This document shows positions 42,703 to 55,225 of a stretch of 64,000 nucleotides of DNA, piece after piece. The DNA lies in NCBI RefSeq assembly GCF_009914755.1, contig NC_060927.1. One strand, 5' to 3'. The notes under the pieces were generated by a model, which saw only the letters and a list, made by a program, of their open reading frames with translations, was not told the DNA's origin and ran no database searches. The position numbers and the translations under genes were made by a program. The DNA is from the human T2T-CHM13v2.0 reference genome, Homo sapiens. The stretch's first letter is position 1; the number at the start of each line of letters is the position of its first letter.

Positions 42703-44310
42703 ACAGATTTTGCTTCTTAATTTTTTTTGTTTTATGTACAATTTTGTGAAACTGATAGTAATTTCCATACCTGCCCACTACTTCACCTTTCTCCAAATAA
42801 AATGTACATAAGTACACAACATATTTTTATGCCATTTGTTCTGGCTTGTATTAGAAATAGATTTCCTTTTTATGAAATATAAAGTGAATTAAAAATCTAT
42901 TGTCATAGTCTGAGGAGTTTGAAATGAAATTAGTTGCTTTCTTTAGAAAAAAAAACAAAACAAAACAAAACTTAAAGGCAAAATGGGCAGGTATATCCCA
43001 AAAAGTAAAGTTGATTATGTTTAAAAGCATATTTAAATGAATAAATTGCTGGTATTTTATTTGAATAAGAAGTTAGTATTTTGGATTTGATTTTGACATG
43101 GCAAAGCTCATGTGATCTTTAATATCCAATTTAGCTTAACTTTTTTATTTGTAAATAAACTTTGGTAACTTTATTCACAGGTTCATAGAAGCACACCAAA
43201 TCAGAGTTCTGATAGCTTATGTTGCCAACCAAGTGTTGGCTTATGCCAAGGAATTCCTGATTTTTCCAAGGCTCTTTGAGTCAGATTTATGTTCAATTAT
43301 TTCCTATTTTTTTCCCAAATGAATGAGGTTAGTTTTGTAATGTGGCATTAGTCATGCTCACTATTTCAGCAACATAATATTTAAATCTGTATTTTAATTT
43401 TAAAATGTTATGGTAATTTAATTTTCAGGGTCCTCTAATGTTTTCTGGTATTTGCAGATTTCTGCTCATTGAGGCAAGGTTTGGTGATTTATGATTTCAG
43501 AGAAGAGGAACTCTTCTTCCAGTTTTAGAAAGTCCAGATAATGATTTGCAATCCATATATATATATATATATCTTTATAATCTTATTTTTTCCTCTGCTT
43601 AAAAAAGAGCATAGTGAGACTTATGAAAGTAGTATTGTGTAGCTCAATCCCAGTGGAGCCCTTTGCTCAGTTTTGTTTAACTCTAATATTTTGTTGCTGT
43701 TGTTTCTTTTGACTTCTCCCATCCTTGTGATCACACAAGTCATAAATTTCATACAAACTCCTTTTTTATCTCATTTCTCAAGAATTGATTACTGATCAAA
43801 CATGCCCTAATTCGCCAATTTTGTGAACTTCCTCTCTGAAAGTATATGTTTGAGTGGGTGTATGGTATAACCTAGAAAATATTTAATAAAATACAATTTC
43901 TTGTCGTCACTCTATTCCCCTTACTTGTTATGTGGATTTACTTAAATTTCCATTATTCCTGTTGAAAATGCTCACCACAATTTCTCAAAATCTTCTCTTC
44001 TAAGTAATTTCCATCAGTGTCCCTACAAATCCTCTTGTGGTTTAGCCAAGGATTTTCTGAAGCATCAATAAAGATGACAATTAAAACTTGTTTTGAATAA
44101 TTCAGCTCATTTCTATGGCAAATTTATCTGTCACTTATATCCAAGCTATGAATATACTTTTGCCTCATATATTATCCTGAGAGTGGACTTATATATTCTT
44201 TCAAAAATATGAGGCTTCATGCTGTGATAGTTGAATATAGGTTAAGACAACTTGCTTCTATAGGATTAGTCACATCCTGAGTTCTGAGATAAAACTGGCA
44301 TTTAATGAAA

Positions 44311-45230
44311 TAGTGGTGCTTAAAACATTTTCTAGGGGCTCTTGGGGGTTCTCAGAGGCCCTTTCAGGGGTTCTGCAACATAAAAATAATTTTCATAATA
44401 ATACTAAGATATTCTTTACCTTTTTAAACTCTCATTTTCTCATGAGTAAAGAGTAAAGTTTTTCAGAGGCTACATGATTGGATATTGCAACACAATGTAG
44501 CAACAAAGAAGCAGGTACGAAAATTTAGCTGTTTCTAATAAGAGAGATATTAAAGAGAACTGTAAAATATAAAAAATGCCATTCAATTTTAGCTCTTTTA
44601 TTGTTGTTTCAGAAAGTATAGCTTTTAAAGATAAAATGTATTAAAATTTAGTGGTTTTTAATGTTGATTTTAAATAAAATAATAAATATTTTTACTTTCT
44701 GTTTTGATTTCTAATACAGTAATTGTAGACAGTGATATAGTTTGGATCTGTGTCCTCACTCAAATCTTATGTTGAACTGTAATCCTCAATGTTGGAGGGG
44801 GATCTGGTTGGAGGTGATGGGATCATAGGGGTGAGTATTTCATGAATTGTTTGGCACTTTCCTTTGGTGTTGTTCTTGTGATAGAGTTTTAATGATATCT
44901 TGTTGTTTAAAGGTGTGTGGTACCTTCCCCCCATTCCCTTTCTCCTGCTCCAGCGAACATGAAGTGATGGCCCCCCCTTGCCTTCTGCCATGATTGTAAA
45001 TTTCCTGAAGTTTCTGCAGAAGCTGAGCAAAAGTCACTATGCTTCTTGTATAGCCTACAGAACAGTGAGTCAATAAAACTCTTTTCTTTATAAATAACCC
45101 AGTCTTAGGTATTTATAGCAGTGCAAGGCTGGACTAATACAGATAGATTGCTTACATAAATCAAAGCTCTTGAGATCCTCAATACCTTTTAATAAAAAGG
45201 TTCTGATGCCAAAAGTTTGAGAACTACTCT
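44311..45230. mobile_element. hAT-Charlie non-autonomous element (MER119/Charlie4-like), split by an MST LTR
   Basis: tagtggtgcttaaaa... and ...aaaagtttgagaactact termini; ttttcataataatactaagat internal motif. Confidence 0.7.
44733..45141 (+). mobile_element. MSTA/MSTB solo LTR
   Basis: tgatatagtttggatctgtgtc...ggactaataca; TSD GACAG/GATAG. Confidence 0.9.
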
Positions 45231-45374
45231 TGTAGAGGTTGCCACCAGCTTTTTGAATCTTGAAGTATAGCCAGTCTTCTACATACCAATAAAGAACAAC
45301 TTGTAAAACTAGCTCTAGTTAGTACCAAATCTAAGTATTCAGGTCCTATGCCCTGCTAAATTTCTTGTTCATCT

Positions 45375-45839
45375 TGATGGAGAAAAAGTGAGATCCAAAA
45401 CTGGGGTTTGGCCTGCAAGGGTTATTGGCTTCACCCAGAAGAGGATTCAATGGTGAGCTGATGTTGTTAAATGGCAATATTTTATTGAATGGTACTGCTC
45501 CTTATGGAGCAGGGCTAACTCACAGGCAGTGTGCCCAGAGTCGATAACATATGAGTTGTTGGCAATTGTATTTATATCCTCTTATACCCACTTTTAATTA
45601 AGGTACAGGTTGATGCAAATTAAGGGGTGGGTTATTTAGAACCTTCTAGGAAAGGGCTGATAACTTCTTTGTTATTGCCCTGGCTCTTGTAAACTGTCAT
45701 GGTGCTGGTAGAAGGGTCTTACACTAATGAACAATGAGGGCAGCTAGGGATTGCTTTTGTTGTCATCTGTTGGTTTCTGCTGTTTTCTTTACTTCATTCC
45801 ATTGTGACCAGGAGATAAGTCTTCTAGTCTCCTACCTCA
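45375..45839 (-). mobile_element. MER66/MER41-group ERV1 solo LTR with 4-bp TSD
   Basis: The minus strand starts tgaggtaggagac and contains ccagcaccatgacagtttacaa; ATCT at 45371-45374 and 45840-45843. Confidence 0.8.
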
Positions 45840-46319
45840 ATCTGATCTACATTCTTATCTTCCTGGATGATAGACTCTGATTCCACTTCCCTGTAGTTTG
45901 AAAACTTTTTATATGCACTTCTTTGGCCTATTGATCTTTGCTTGACTATAGCATTACTAAGATTTCAGGAGGGACATACTCCTCGTATGATTGAAGCCTG
46001 AGGAACTCTTAACCTTGATTCAGCCAAAAAGATTATAAACTTCTATGCTTATATTTGTACATTATGAGTTTAGCATAATGGACATTGCCACTAATTATGT
46101 ATCTGATATTTTATCTTGGATCTAATAGAGTTTATAATTCCCTTCCCCTCCAACAGTATCCCTGATGTGTTTATTGACTATCACTATCTTCCTCTATGTC
46201 CAAGTTCTAACTTTACCCTAGGATTGAGATTCTTCCCTGCCTTCTTCCAGAAATTCATTATATTCTAGCCCTAATCCTCCAGTAATTCTCCTGATTTAGG
46301 TTAAGTTTTTCAGAAGCTA

Positions 46320-46500
46320 CATTTGCAATGACATGGATGGAATTGGAGAACATTATGTCAAGTAAAATAATATAGGCACAGAAAGAAAAGTTTTGCATGT
46401 TCTCACTCATTTCTGGCAGTGAAAAATTAGAAAAATTATTTTCATATGGTTAGTGAGTAGAATAATTGTTAACAAAGGTTAGGAAGAATGTAAGGGTGGT
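46320..46500 (+). mobile_element. L1MA 3' fragment
   Basis: atttgcaatgacatggatggaattggagaacattatgtcaagtaaaataa...catgttctcactcat. Confidence 0.75.
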
Positions 46501-46629
46501 GTCTAGTCCTTGCAAGCCAGACTTACCACCTGCAATTAGAAAATCCAGATGTTTCCTAGTTTAGGCCTTTCTTAGTTCAGCCTACTACTAAGACACCTAA
46601 GCAACTTACCTGGATATTCTTGGTTTCAA

Positions 46630-49600
46630 TAAAAAAAATTCAAGTATAAAATATGTTATTTATATGTACAAATTATAATCATTCAGGATGACGAATTTTC
46701 ACAAATTGAACATAATCATAAAACTAAAATCCAGATTAAGAAACAGAATACTGCCAGCATTTCAGAATCCAACTTTATCCACTTTTGGTCACTTGCAAAA
46801 ATCAAACAATGCTTCTGTCTTCTAACAACATAGAGGAGTATACTTGTATTGGAAGTTTATATATATGGGATTGTATTAGTCCATTTTCATGCTGCTGATT
46901 AAGACATAGCTGAGACTGGGAAGGAAAAGAGGTTTAATTGGACTTACAGTTCCACATGGCTCGGGAGGGGGGCTCAGAATCATGGCAGGAGGCAAAAGGC
47001 ACTTCTTACATGGTGGCAGCAAGAGAAAATAAGGAAGAAGCAAAAGCGGAAATCCCTGATAAACCTTTCAGATCTCGTGAGACTTATTCACTATCACGAG
47101 AGTAGCATGGAAAAGACCAGCCTCCATGATTCAATTACCTCTACCAACATATGTGAATTCTAGGAGGTACAATTCAAGTTGAGATTTGGGTGGGGACACA
47201 GCCAAACCATATCATTCTGCCCCTGGCCCCTCCCAAATCTCATATTTTCACATTTCAAAACAAATCATGCCTTCCCAACAGTCCCCCAAAGTTTTAACCC
47301 ATTTCAGCATTAACTCAAAAGTCCACAGTCCAAAGTTTCATCTGAGATAAGGCAAGTCCCTTCTGCCTATGAGCCTGTAAAATCAAAAATAAGCTAGTTA
47401 CTTCCTAGATACAATGGGGGTACAGGTATTGGGTAAATACAGCCATTCCAAATGGGAGAAATTGGCCAAAACAAAGAGGTTGCAGGGCCCATGCAAGTCT
47501 GAAATCCAGTGAGGCAGTCAAACTTTAAAGCTCCAAAATGATCTCTTTTGACTCCAGATCTTACATCCAGGTCACACTGATGCAAGAGGTGGGTTCCCAT
47601 GGTCTTGGGCAGCTCCATCCCTGTGGCTTTGCTGGGTATATCCCCCTCCTGGCTGCTTTCACAGGCTGTCATTGAGTGTCTGTGGCTTTTCCAGGTGCAA
47701 GGTGCAAGTTGTCAGTGGATCCACCATTCTGGGATCTGGAGGAAGGTGTCTCTCTTCTCACGGCCCCACTAAGAAGTGCCCCAGTGGGGAATCTGTGTGG
47801 AGGCTCAGACCCCACATTTCCCTTCTGCACTGCCCTAGCAGAGGTTCTCCGTGAGGGCCCTGCTCTTGCAACAAACATTTGCCTGGGCATTGAATTGTTT
47901 CCATAAATCTTCCGAAATCTAGGCGGAGGTTCCCAAACCTCAGTTATTGACTTCTGTTCACTCGCAGGCTCAACAACACGTGCAAGCTACCAAGGCTTGG
48001 GGCTTCCACCCTCTGAAGCCACAGCCCGAGCTGCACATTGACCCCTTTCAGCCTTGGGTAGAGCGACTGGGGCACAGGGCGCCAAGTCCCTAGGCTTCAC
48101 AGAGCATGGGGACCCTGGGCCCAGCACACAAAACTACTTTTTCTTCCTGGGCCTCTGAGCCTGTGATGGGAGAGGCTGCCATGAAGGTCTTTGACGTGGC
48201 CTGGAAACATTTTCCCCATGGTCTTGGAGGTTAATGTTAGCGTCCTTGCTACTTATGCTAATTTCTGCAGCCGGCTTGAATTTCTCTCCAGAAAATGGGT
48301 TTTTCTTTTCTATCGCATTGTCATCCTGCAATTTTTTCAAACTTTTATGCTTCCCTTATAAAACTGAATGCCCTTAACAGTACCCAAGTTACCTCTTGAA
48401 TGCTATGCTGCTTAGAAATTTCTTTTGCCAGATATCCTAAATCATCTTTCTCAAATTCAAAGTTCCACAAATCTCTAGGGCAGGGGCAAAATGCCTTCAG
48501 TCTCTTTGCTAAAACATACCAAGAGTCACCTTTGCTCCAGTTCTGAACAGATTCCTCATCTCCATCTGAGGCCACGTCAGCCTGGACCTTATTGTCCATT
48601 TCGCTATCAACATTTTGGGCAAACCCATTCAACAAGGCTCTAGGAAGTTCCAAACTTTCCCACATTTTCCTGCTTTTTTTTTTTTTTTTTTAATTTTCTG
48701 AGCCCTCCAGACTGTTCCAATGTCTGCCTGTTACCTAGTTCCAGAGTCGCTTCCACATTTTTGGATGTCTTTTCATCAACACCCCATTCTATTATTCTGT
48801 TTTCACACTGCTGATAAAGACATACCCAAGACTGGGAAGAAAAAGTTCAATTGGACTTACAGTTTCACATGGCTGGGGAGGCCTCAGAATCATGGTGGGA
48901 GGTAAAAGGCACTTTTTACATGGCAGCCACAAGAGAAAATGAGGAAGAAGCGAAAGCAGAAACCCTTGATAAACCCATCAGATCTCGTGAGACTTATTCA
49001 CTATCACAAAAATAGCACAGGAAAGAACAGCCCCCATGATTCAATTACGTCCCCCTGGGTCCCTCCCACAACATGTGGAAATTCTGGGAAATACACTTCA
49101 AGTTGAGATTTGGTTGGGGACACAGCCATACCATTTAAGGGATCAAATAATGTGAACTATTTTCTGTATAGCTTGTTTCATTCAACATTTATTATTTGTG
49201 ATTTTTACATATTATTGCACTATTCATTCCCATTGTTGCACAGTATTCCATTGTGATAAAATATTTCACTTTACCATCTTACTATTGTTCTTGCTTATGA
49301 ATAGTATTGCTATGAATATTTTAGTGTATTTCTTTATATATATATGTATACATTTTTATTTGTTACATGCTTAGGAGTAGAATTGCTAGATTCTAGGATA
49401 TGTTTATGTTCAGCTACAGTAGATAGCATTACCAACATTTTAAAGTGATTGCACAGAGTTGTACTCTGATAACTACTATAAGAGAATTCTGTCTGTGCCA
49501 TGTCCCTTGTTATTTTTTGCCTTTTGTGTTTAATGCAGTAGTAATAATACATTGTGGTTTAATTTGCATCTCCCTGATGATCAATGATGCTGAGCATATT

Positions 49601-50500
49601 TTCAGATGTTTGTTAGACACTTGAATACTCTTTTTTTCCTCGACCAAGTTTTTGGTCCATTTATTGTTTGATCATCATGTAGCTATTACTTTATAGTGCT
49701 TTGCATATTCTGGTCATAAGCCCATTTTCAGATAACTGTCTTGCAAATATCTTGTCTCACTCTGTTAATTACCTATTCAGTCTCTTCAGGTGTTTTTTGG
49801 TGAATAAAAATCTCTTAGTTTTCATATTTCCTAAGTTATTACTGTTTTTCTTTACCATTAGCTCCCTGTAGTATTAGGAATCTTTAGAAATCTTTGCATA
49901 CTCAAAGGTCAGCAAAATAATTTTCTGTGTTTTCTTTTCAAAATTTTATTATTTAACTTCTTATGTCACTGTTTTAAATGAATTTCAAGATTTTTTAAAA
50001 AATTTGTATTGTTCTGGTATTTTACTCTAAACTGTTATTGTTTAGATTGCAATCCATGTGGAATTGATTTTTGTATATGGCATGAGGTAAAGGTCAAGAT
50101 ATTTTTTTCATATAGAAATCTAATCTAGCATTATTTATTTAAAGACATTGATTCTCACTGCCCATAGTATCTCCTTTGTCACAAATTAGTTAATTCTAAT
50201 TCCAAACTCTTTTTTATTCCATTGCCTTAGTTATCTATTCTTGTGTCATTACTATCTGCATTATTATTATTATCACTTTTTAATAGGTTTTAATAATTGA
50301 TAGTATAAGTCTTTCAGGCTTATTCTTCTTCAAAGTTTTATGTATTCCTGACCCATCACATTTCCCTATAGATTTAAATCTAGCTTTACAATTTTAATGA
50401 AAACAAACATAATGTTTCAAAAATTTTTTTTGCATTATTATAGATGAATTTGGGGACATTTGGCTTATTTTAAATACTTGAAGCCACGTGTCATGTTATA
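46630..50500 (-). mobile_element. L1ME-type 3' segment, interrupted by a THE1 provirus
   Basis: gaattttcacaaattgaacat...ccagattaagaaacagaatact; resumes at 49139 (tttaatttgcatctccctgatgatcaatgatgctgagcat). Confidence 0.7.
46872..49138 (-). mobile_element. THE1B-like MaLR provirus: LTR 46872-47214, internal region, LTR ~48790-49138, with 5-bp TSD
   Basis: Two THE1 LTRs; GGGAT at 46867-46871 and 49139-49143; MaLR ORF remnant MWESLELPRALLNGFAQN... Confidence 0.94.
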
Positions 50501-50659
50501 ATTAGGAAGTTATTTTTTACTCCTCATTTGCTAAGAGGTCTTCTCATAAATGATCAATAACTTTTAATTCTATATATATTTAAACCCTATAATATATGAC
50601 ATTATTTTCTATATTTGACATTAATGCATATTTGCTTATATATTTTGCCCCCTTTTTTG

Positions 50660-50968
50660 GGGTTCCTCCTCCTCTTCTTCCTTCTCCTCCTTTGCCACCA
50701 TCCCTCCTCCTCTTCCTCCTCCTCCTTCTCCTATTCCTCCTCCTCCTGCTCTTCTTCTTCTGCTTCCTCTTCTTCTCCTGGTCCTCCTCCCTCCCTCTCT
50801 TTTTCTTTTATTTTCTTTCTTTCCTTCTTTCTTTCTTTCTTTTCTTTCTTTCTTTTTTTCTCTCTCTTTCTTTCTTTCTTTCTTTTTTTCTCTCTCTCTT
50901 TCTCTTTCTTTCTTTCTTTCTTCCTCTCCTCCTCCTCCTTTCCCTTCTCCTTGTTCCTTCTTCTTCTG
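50660..50968. repeat. Polypyrimidine tract (CCT/CTT/CTTT), expanded Alu-monomer tail
   Basis: ~300 bp that is almost entirely C/T. Confidence 0.93.
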
Positions 50969-51080
50969 ACACAGGTCTCAATATGTTCCCCAGGTTTTCC
51001 TCAAACTCCTAGGCTCATAGGGTCCTCCTCCCTCAGCCTCCTGAGTGGTTAAGATCCGCAGGAACGACCACTGTGGCCAG
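50968..51080 (-). mobile_element. Alu monomer (FLAM/AluJ-like)
   Basis: gacacaggtctcaatatgttccccagg...aaactcctaggctcatagggtcctcctccctcagcctcc. Confidence 0.8.
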
Positions 51081-51099
51081 TTCTCTCTTTTTTTTTTTG

Positions 51100-51310
51100 T
51101 TCCATCTGAGAAAATTTTCTTTTGGCCTAAAGAACTCATGTTTAGTATATCTTTGTAGTTCAGACTGGCCTGCAACTGATTCTCTCAGATTTTGTCTAAA
51201 TATGTCTTTATTCAACCCTTATTTTTGAACAACATCTTTTCTGTGTATAGAAATATAGGCTCAGTTATTTCATTTTTCTTTACTCAAAGATTTATTCTAT
51301 TGCCGTTTTC
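51100..51310 (-). mobile_element. Old L1M ORF1-end fragment
   Basis: tttagtatatctttgtagttcagactggcctgcaactgattctctcagattttgtctaaatatgtctttattc. Confidence 0.55.
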
Positions 51311-51810
51311 ACACTAGAATTCAGCAAATTTAATCATTATAGTTCTAGCCTATTAACACACTGGATTACAGAAAGTTGGTTGGTATTAATAGTCCTGCTT
51401 CCTTCATTTATTTGACAAGTTTAATTTTCTACCGCTTTCTGTGAATTCTATATTTTTAAAATAGATTCACCGTAAAGAGTGGCTAAGAAAATTCTAACAT
51501 TTCTCATTTTATATTTTTAATTAATGATAGACTTAGATAGACTTTTTTGTATTTTGCCCCAAGCCGATTATTGACATATATATTTTTCACACATCCAATT
51601 ATATATTTAGATATGGATGATACTATTCCAGGATATATTTATCTTCTTGTTTTCCTATTTATCATTTTTTCATTAGTCAGCTGCCTTTATTTCTATGTCT
51701 CCAAAACAATTTGTTTTCACCTGAGTCTCTTGTGTATCTAGTGTATTCCTTTTCTTATTGTTGAGTTTTAGTATATTTTGGATAACATTTTTTTTATATC
51801 AGATATGCCT

Positions 51811-53751
51811 TGTATTAGTCTATTTTCATGCTGCTGATAAAGACATACCTGAGACTGGGAAGAAAAAGAAGTTTAATGGACTTACAGTTCCACATGGCTG
51901 GGGAGGCCTCACAATCATGGCAGAAGGCAAGGAGGAGCAAGTCACATCTTACATGGATGGCGGCAGGCAAAGAGAGAGAGTTTGTGTGGGGAAACTCCCT
52001 TTTTAAAAACCACCTGAACTCATGAGACTTATTCACTATCATGAGAACAGCATGGGAAAGACTGGACTCATATTCAATTACCTCCCACCAGCTTCTTCCC
52101 CTGGAATGTGGGAATTGTGAGAGTTACAATTTAAGATGAGATTTGCGTGTGGACACAGCCAAACCATATCATTCTGCTCTTGGCCCCTCTTAAATCTCAT
52201 GTCCTCACATTTCAAAACCAATCATGCCTTACCAACAATCCCCCAATGTCTCAACTTATTTCAGCATTACCTCAAAAGTCCACAGGCCAAAGCCTCATCC
52301 AAGAAAACTCAAGTCCCTTATACCTATGTGCATGTAAAATCAAAAACAAGGTAGTTTTTTCCTAGTTACAATGGGGGTACAGACATTTAGTAAACACAAC
52401 CATTCCAAATGGGAGAAACTGGCTAAAACAAAGGGGCTACAGGCCCCATGGAAGTCCAAAATCCCATGGGGCAGTCACATCTTAAAGTTCTAAAATCATC
52501 TCTTTTGACTCCATGTCTCACATCCAGGTCACACTGATGCAAAAGGTGTGCTCCCATGGTCTTGGGCAGCTCTGCCCCTGTGGCTTTGCAGGGTATAGCC
52601 CCCCTCCTGACTGCTTTCATGGGCTGGTGTTGAGTGTCTGTGGCTTTTCCAGGTGCATGGTGCAAGCTGCTGGTGGATCTACCATTCTGGGGTCTGCAGG
52701 ATGGTGGTCCTCCTCTCACAGCTCCACTAGGTGGTGCCCCAGTAGAGACTCTGTGTGGGGGCTCCTGCCCTACATTTCCCTTCTGCACTTCCCTAGCAGA
52801 GATTCTTCACGAGAGCCCCCACCCCTGCAGCAAACTTCTGCCTGGGCATCCAGGCGTTTCCATACATCCTCTGAAATCTAGGCAGAGGTCCCCAAACCTC
52901 AACTCTTGACTTTCATGCACCCACAGGCTCAGCACCATGTGGAAGCTGCCAAGGGTTGGGGTTTCCACCCTCTGAAGCAACAGCCCGAGCCACACCTTGG
53001 CCCCTTTTAGCCATGGCTGGAGTGACTGGAATGCAGAGTACCAAGTCCCTAGGCTTCACAGAACAGGGGATCCCTGGGCCCGGCCCATGAAACCATCTTT
53101 TCCTCCTAGGCCTCTGTGCCTGTGATGGAAGGGGCTGCAGTGAAGACCTCTGACATGCCCTGGAGACATTTTCCCCATTGTCTTGGAGATTAACATTCGA
53201 GTCCTCATTACTGATGCAAATTTCTGCAGCAGGCTTGAATTTCCCCTCAGAAAATGAGATTTTCTTTTCTATTGCATTGTTAGGCTGCAAATTTTCAGAA
53301 CTTTTATGCTCTGTTTCCCTTTTAAAACTAAATGCTTTTAACAGGATCCAAATGACCTCTTAAATGCTTTGCTGCTTAGAAATTTCTTCCACCAGATATC
53401 CTAAATCATCTCTCTCAAGTTCAAAGTTCCACAAATCTTTAGGGGAGGGGCAAAATACCACCAGTCTCTTTGCTAAAACATAACAAGAGTCCAATTCTTT
53501 GCTCCAATTCCCAAGAAGTTCCTTATCTCCATCTGAGACTACCTCAGCCTGGATTTCATTGTCCATATCATTATCAGCATTTTGATCAAAACCATTCAAC
53601 AAGACTCTAGGGAGTTCTAAACTGTCCCACATTTTCCTGTCTTCTGAGCCCTCCAAACTGTTCCAACCTCTGCCTGTTACCCAGTTCCAAATTTGCTTCC
53701 ACATTTTCAAGTAACTTTTCAGTAGTGCCCCACTCTAATGGTACCAATACC
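51811..53751 (-). mobile_element. THE1B-like 3' LTR (51811-52171) plus complete THE1 internal region (52172-53751)
   Basis: The LTR resembles 46872-47214; the internal region is colinear with 47215-48790; MaLR ORF remnants at 53360..53710 and 52913..53290. Confidence 0.94.
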
Positions 53752-54499
53752 TGTATTAATCAGGGTTCTCTGTAGGGACAGAATTAATAAGATAGATGTA
53801 TATATAAAGGGGAGTTTATTAAGTAGAATTTTTTTTTTGAGATGAGGTCTGACTCTGTTGCCCAGGCTGGAGTGCAGTGGTGCAGTCTCAGCTCACTGCA
53901 ACCCCTGTCTCCTGGGTTCAAGCAATTCTCTTCCTCAGCCTCTCGAGTAGCTGGGACTACAGACATGCACCATCATGCCTGGCTAATTTTTGTATTTTTA
54001 GTAGAGACAGGGTTTCACCATGTTGGCAAGGCTGGTCTCAAACTCCTGACCTCGTGATCTGCCCGCCTCAGCCTCCCAAAGTGCTGGGATTACAGGTGTG
54101 AGCCACCGTGCTTGGCCTATTAAGTAGTATTAACTCACACTATCACAAGGTCCCACAATAGACCATCTGCAAGCTGAGGATCGGGGAAGCCATTCTGAGT
54201 CCCAAAGCTGAAGAATTTGGAGTTTGATGTTTGAGGGCAGGAAGCATCCAGCATGGGAGAAAGATGTAGGCTGGGAGGCTAGGCCAGTCTAGTCTTTACC
54301 TGTTTTTCTGTCTGCTTTTTTTCTGGCCATGCTCACAGCTGATTAGATTGTGCCCACCCATATTAAGGTTGGGTCTGCCTTTCCCAGCCCACTGATTCAA
54401 ATGTTAATCTCCTTTGGCAACACCTTCACAGACACACCCGGGATCAGTACTTCGCATCCTTCAATCCAATCAAGTTGACACTCAGTATTAACCATCACA
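53752..54499 (-). mobile_element. MLT2A-type (HERV-L) LTR in the 5' LTR position of the THE1 element, interrupted by an Alu
   Basis: tgtattaatcagggttctctgtagggacagaa...gcatccagcatgggagaaagatgtaggctgggaggc...caatccaatcaagttgacactcagtattaaccatcaca; no similarity to THE1 LTRs beyond the termini. Confidence 0.9.
53829..54117 (-). mobile_element. AluS (Sg-like) inserted in the MLT2A LTR
   Basis: Full dimer; TSD TATTAAGTAG at 53817-53826 and 54118-54127. Confidence 0.94.
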
Positions 54500-54550
54500 T
54501 GCCTTTTTCAAGTATTTTCTTTCAGTCTGTGACTTGTCTTCTCATTCTTT

Positions 54551-55225
54551 TTTCAGCTTTAATAAGGTTCAATAATGTGGTATTTTAATATCTGTATAGA
54601 CTGTGAAATGATTAAATCAAACTAACATACTTGTCTACTCAGACACTTATTTTTTTTTGATGAGAACATTTAAGATCTACTCTCTCAGCAATTTTTAAGT
54701 ATACAGTACATTATTATTAACTATAGTTACTTTGCTGTAGGACTGTTTGTAGAAATGTAAATTAGTACAGCCATTATGGAAAACAGTAGAGAGGTTCCTC
54801 AAAAATTAAAAAATATAACTAATGTGTGATCCAGCAATTTCACTTCTGGGTATATATCTTAAGAAAATGAAATCAGTATCTCAAGGATATATCTGCACTC
54901 TCATGATTATTGCAACATTAATCATAATAGTCAAGCTATAGAAGCACATTGTGTCCATCAATGGATAAATGGATTAACAAATGTGGTATGTACACACCTA
55001 CAAACACATGCACACAGGACAGAATGTAATTCAGCCTTAAAAATGAAAGGTATTCTGTCATAATATAAATGAAACTAGAGGCTACTGTGCTGGCTAAAAT
55101 AAGCCAGGCACAGAAAGAGAAATATCACATGATATCACTGACGTGTGTAATCTAAAAACGGTTGAACTCATTGAAGCAGGGAGTAGGATAGTGATTTTCA
55201 GGGGCTACGTGGGTGGGAGGGTATA
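54551..55225. mobile_element. L1MA (about MA7-9) 3' fragment with an inverted 5' segment
   Basis: 54551-54740 is the antisense extreme 3' UTR (gagaacatttaagatctactctctcagc); 54741-55220 is sense ORF2 end and 3' UTR start. Confidence 0.75.

Noticed and set aside
50596-51052. 138-145 aa Leu/Phe/Ser-rich membrane-protein-like ORFs
   Set aside because: They come from a stop-free polypyrimidine tract.
52423-53710. Paralogous small ORF family also seen at 40.3-41.9 kb and 47.4-48.7 kb
   Set aside because: These are remnants of the known MaLR internal ORF, broken differently in each copy.
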